NCBI GenBank assembly: GCA_031414595.1
Contig: JANNVX010000028.1
Span: forward strand, 1-16,927
From: Deinococcales bacterium
GTDB lineage: Bacteria > Deinococcota > Deinococci > Deinococcales > JAAFIG01
DNA length: 16,927 nucleotides
Reading direction: 5' to 3'
Shown here: positions 16,927-16,927 of the stretch, piece by piece
Numbering within the stretch: the stretch's first letter is position 1
Layout: each line of letters starts with the position of its first letter
Notes under the pieces: model-generated
What the model was told of the DNA's origin: nothing
Databases searched by the model: none
The model's input: the letters and a program-made list of their open reading frames with translations, nothing else
Program-made: the position numbers and the translations under genes

Positions 16927-16927
16927 C

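Overview
Bacterial chromosomal segment, probably from a Deinococcota organism. This is inferred from the gene set (leuS, DUF4388, PilT-family ATPase, asd, aspartate kinase) and from many -10 boxes sitting 6-7 nt before start codons; GC looks unusually low for that phylum, about 45-50% by eye. Gene order: an edge-truncated Zn-ribbon/DDE transposase missed by the ORF track, leuS, an S8 protease lipoprotein, DUF58, SMP-30/gluconolactonase, SDR, mutY, DUF4388, PilT/PilU ATPase, RDD protein, asd, EamA, DinB, an inverted RelE-type toxin-antitoxin pair, aspartate kinase, and a GNAT gene interrupted by an AT-rich insert carrying a GTAG-type REP doublet. Four signals stand out. (1) The palindrome CTCGAG occurs about 84 times by hand count (roughly 1 per 200 bp, about 4 expected), in all three codon frames, like a HIP1-type iterated palindrome. 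(2) Two unannotated, apparently leaderless leader-peptide attenuators are present: Leu-rich MIRSGLPLLGALLD before leuS and Thr-rich MKFETTTTI before asd, each with promoter, competing hairpin and terminator. (3) The TA module sits antisense inside the asd-to-aspartate kinase run. (4) Both window ends fall in mobile DNA.
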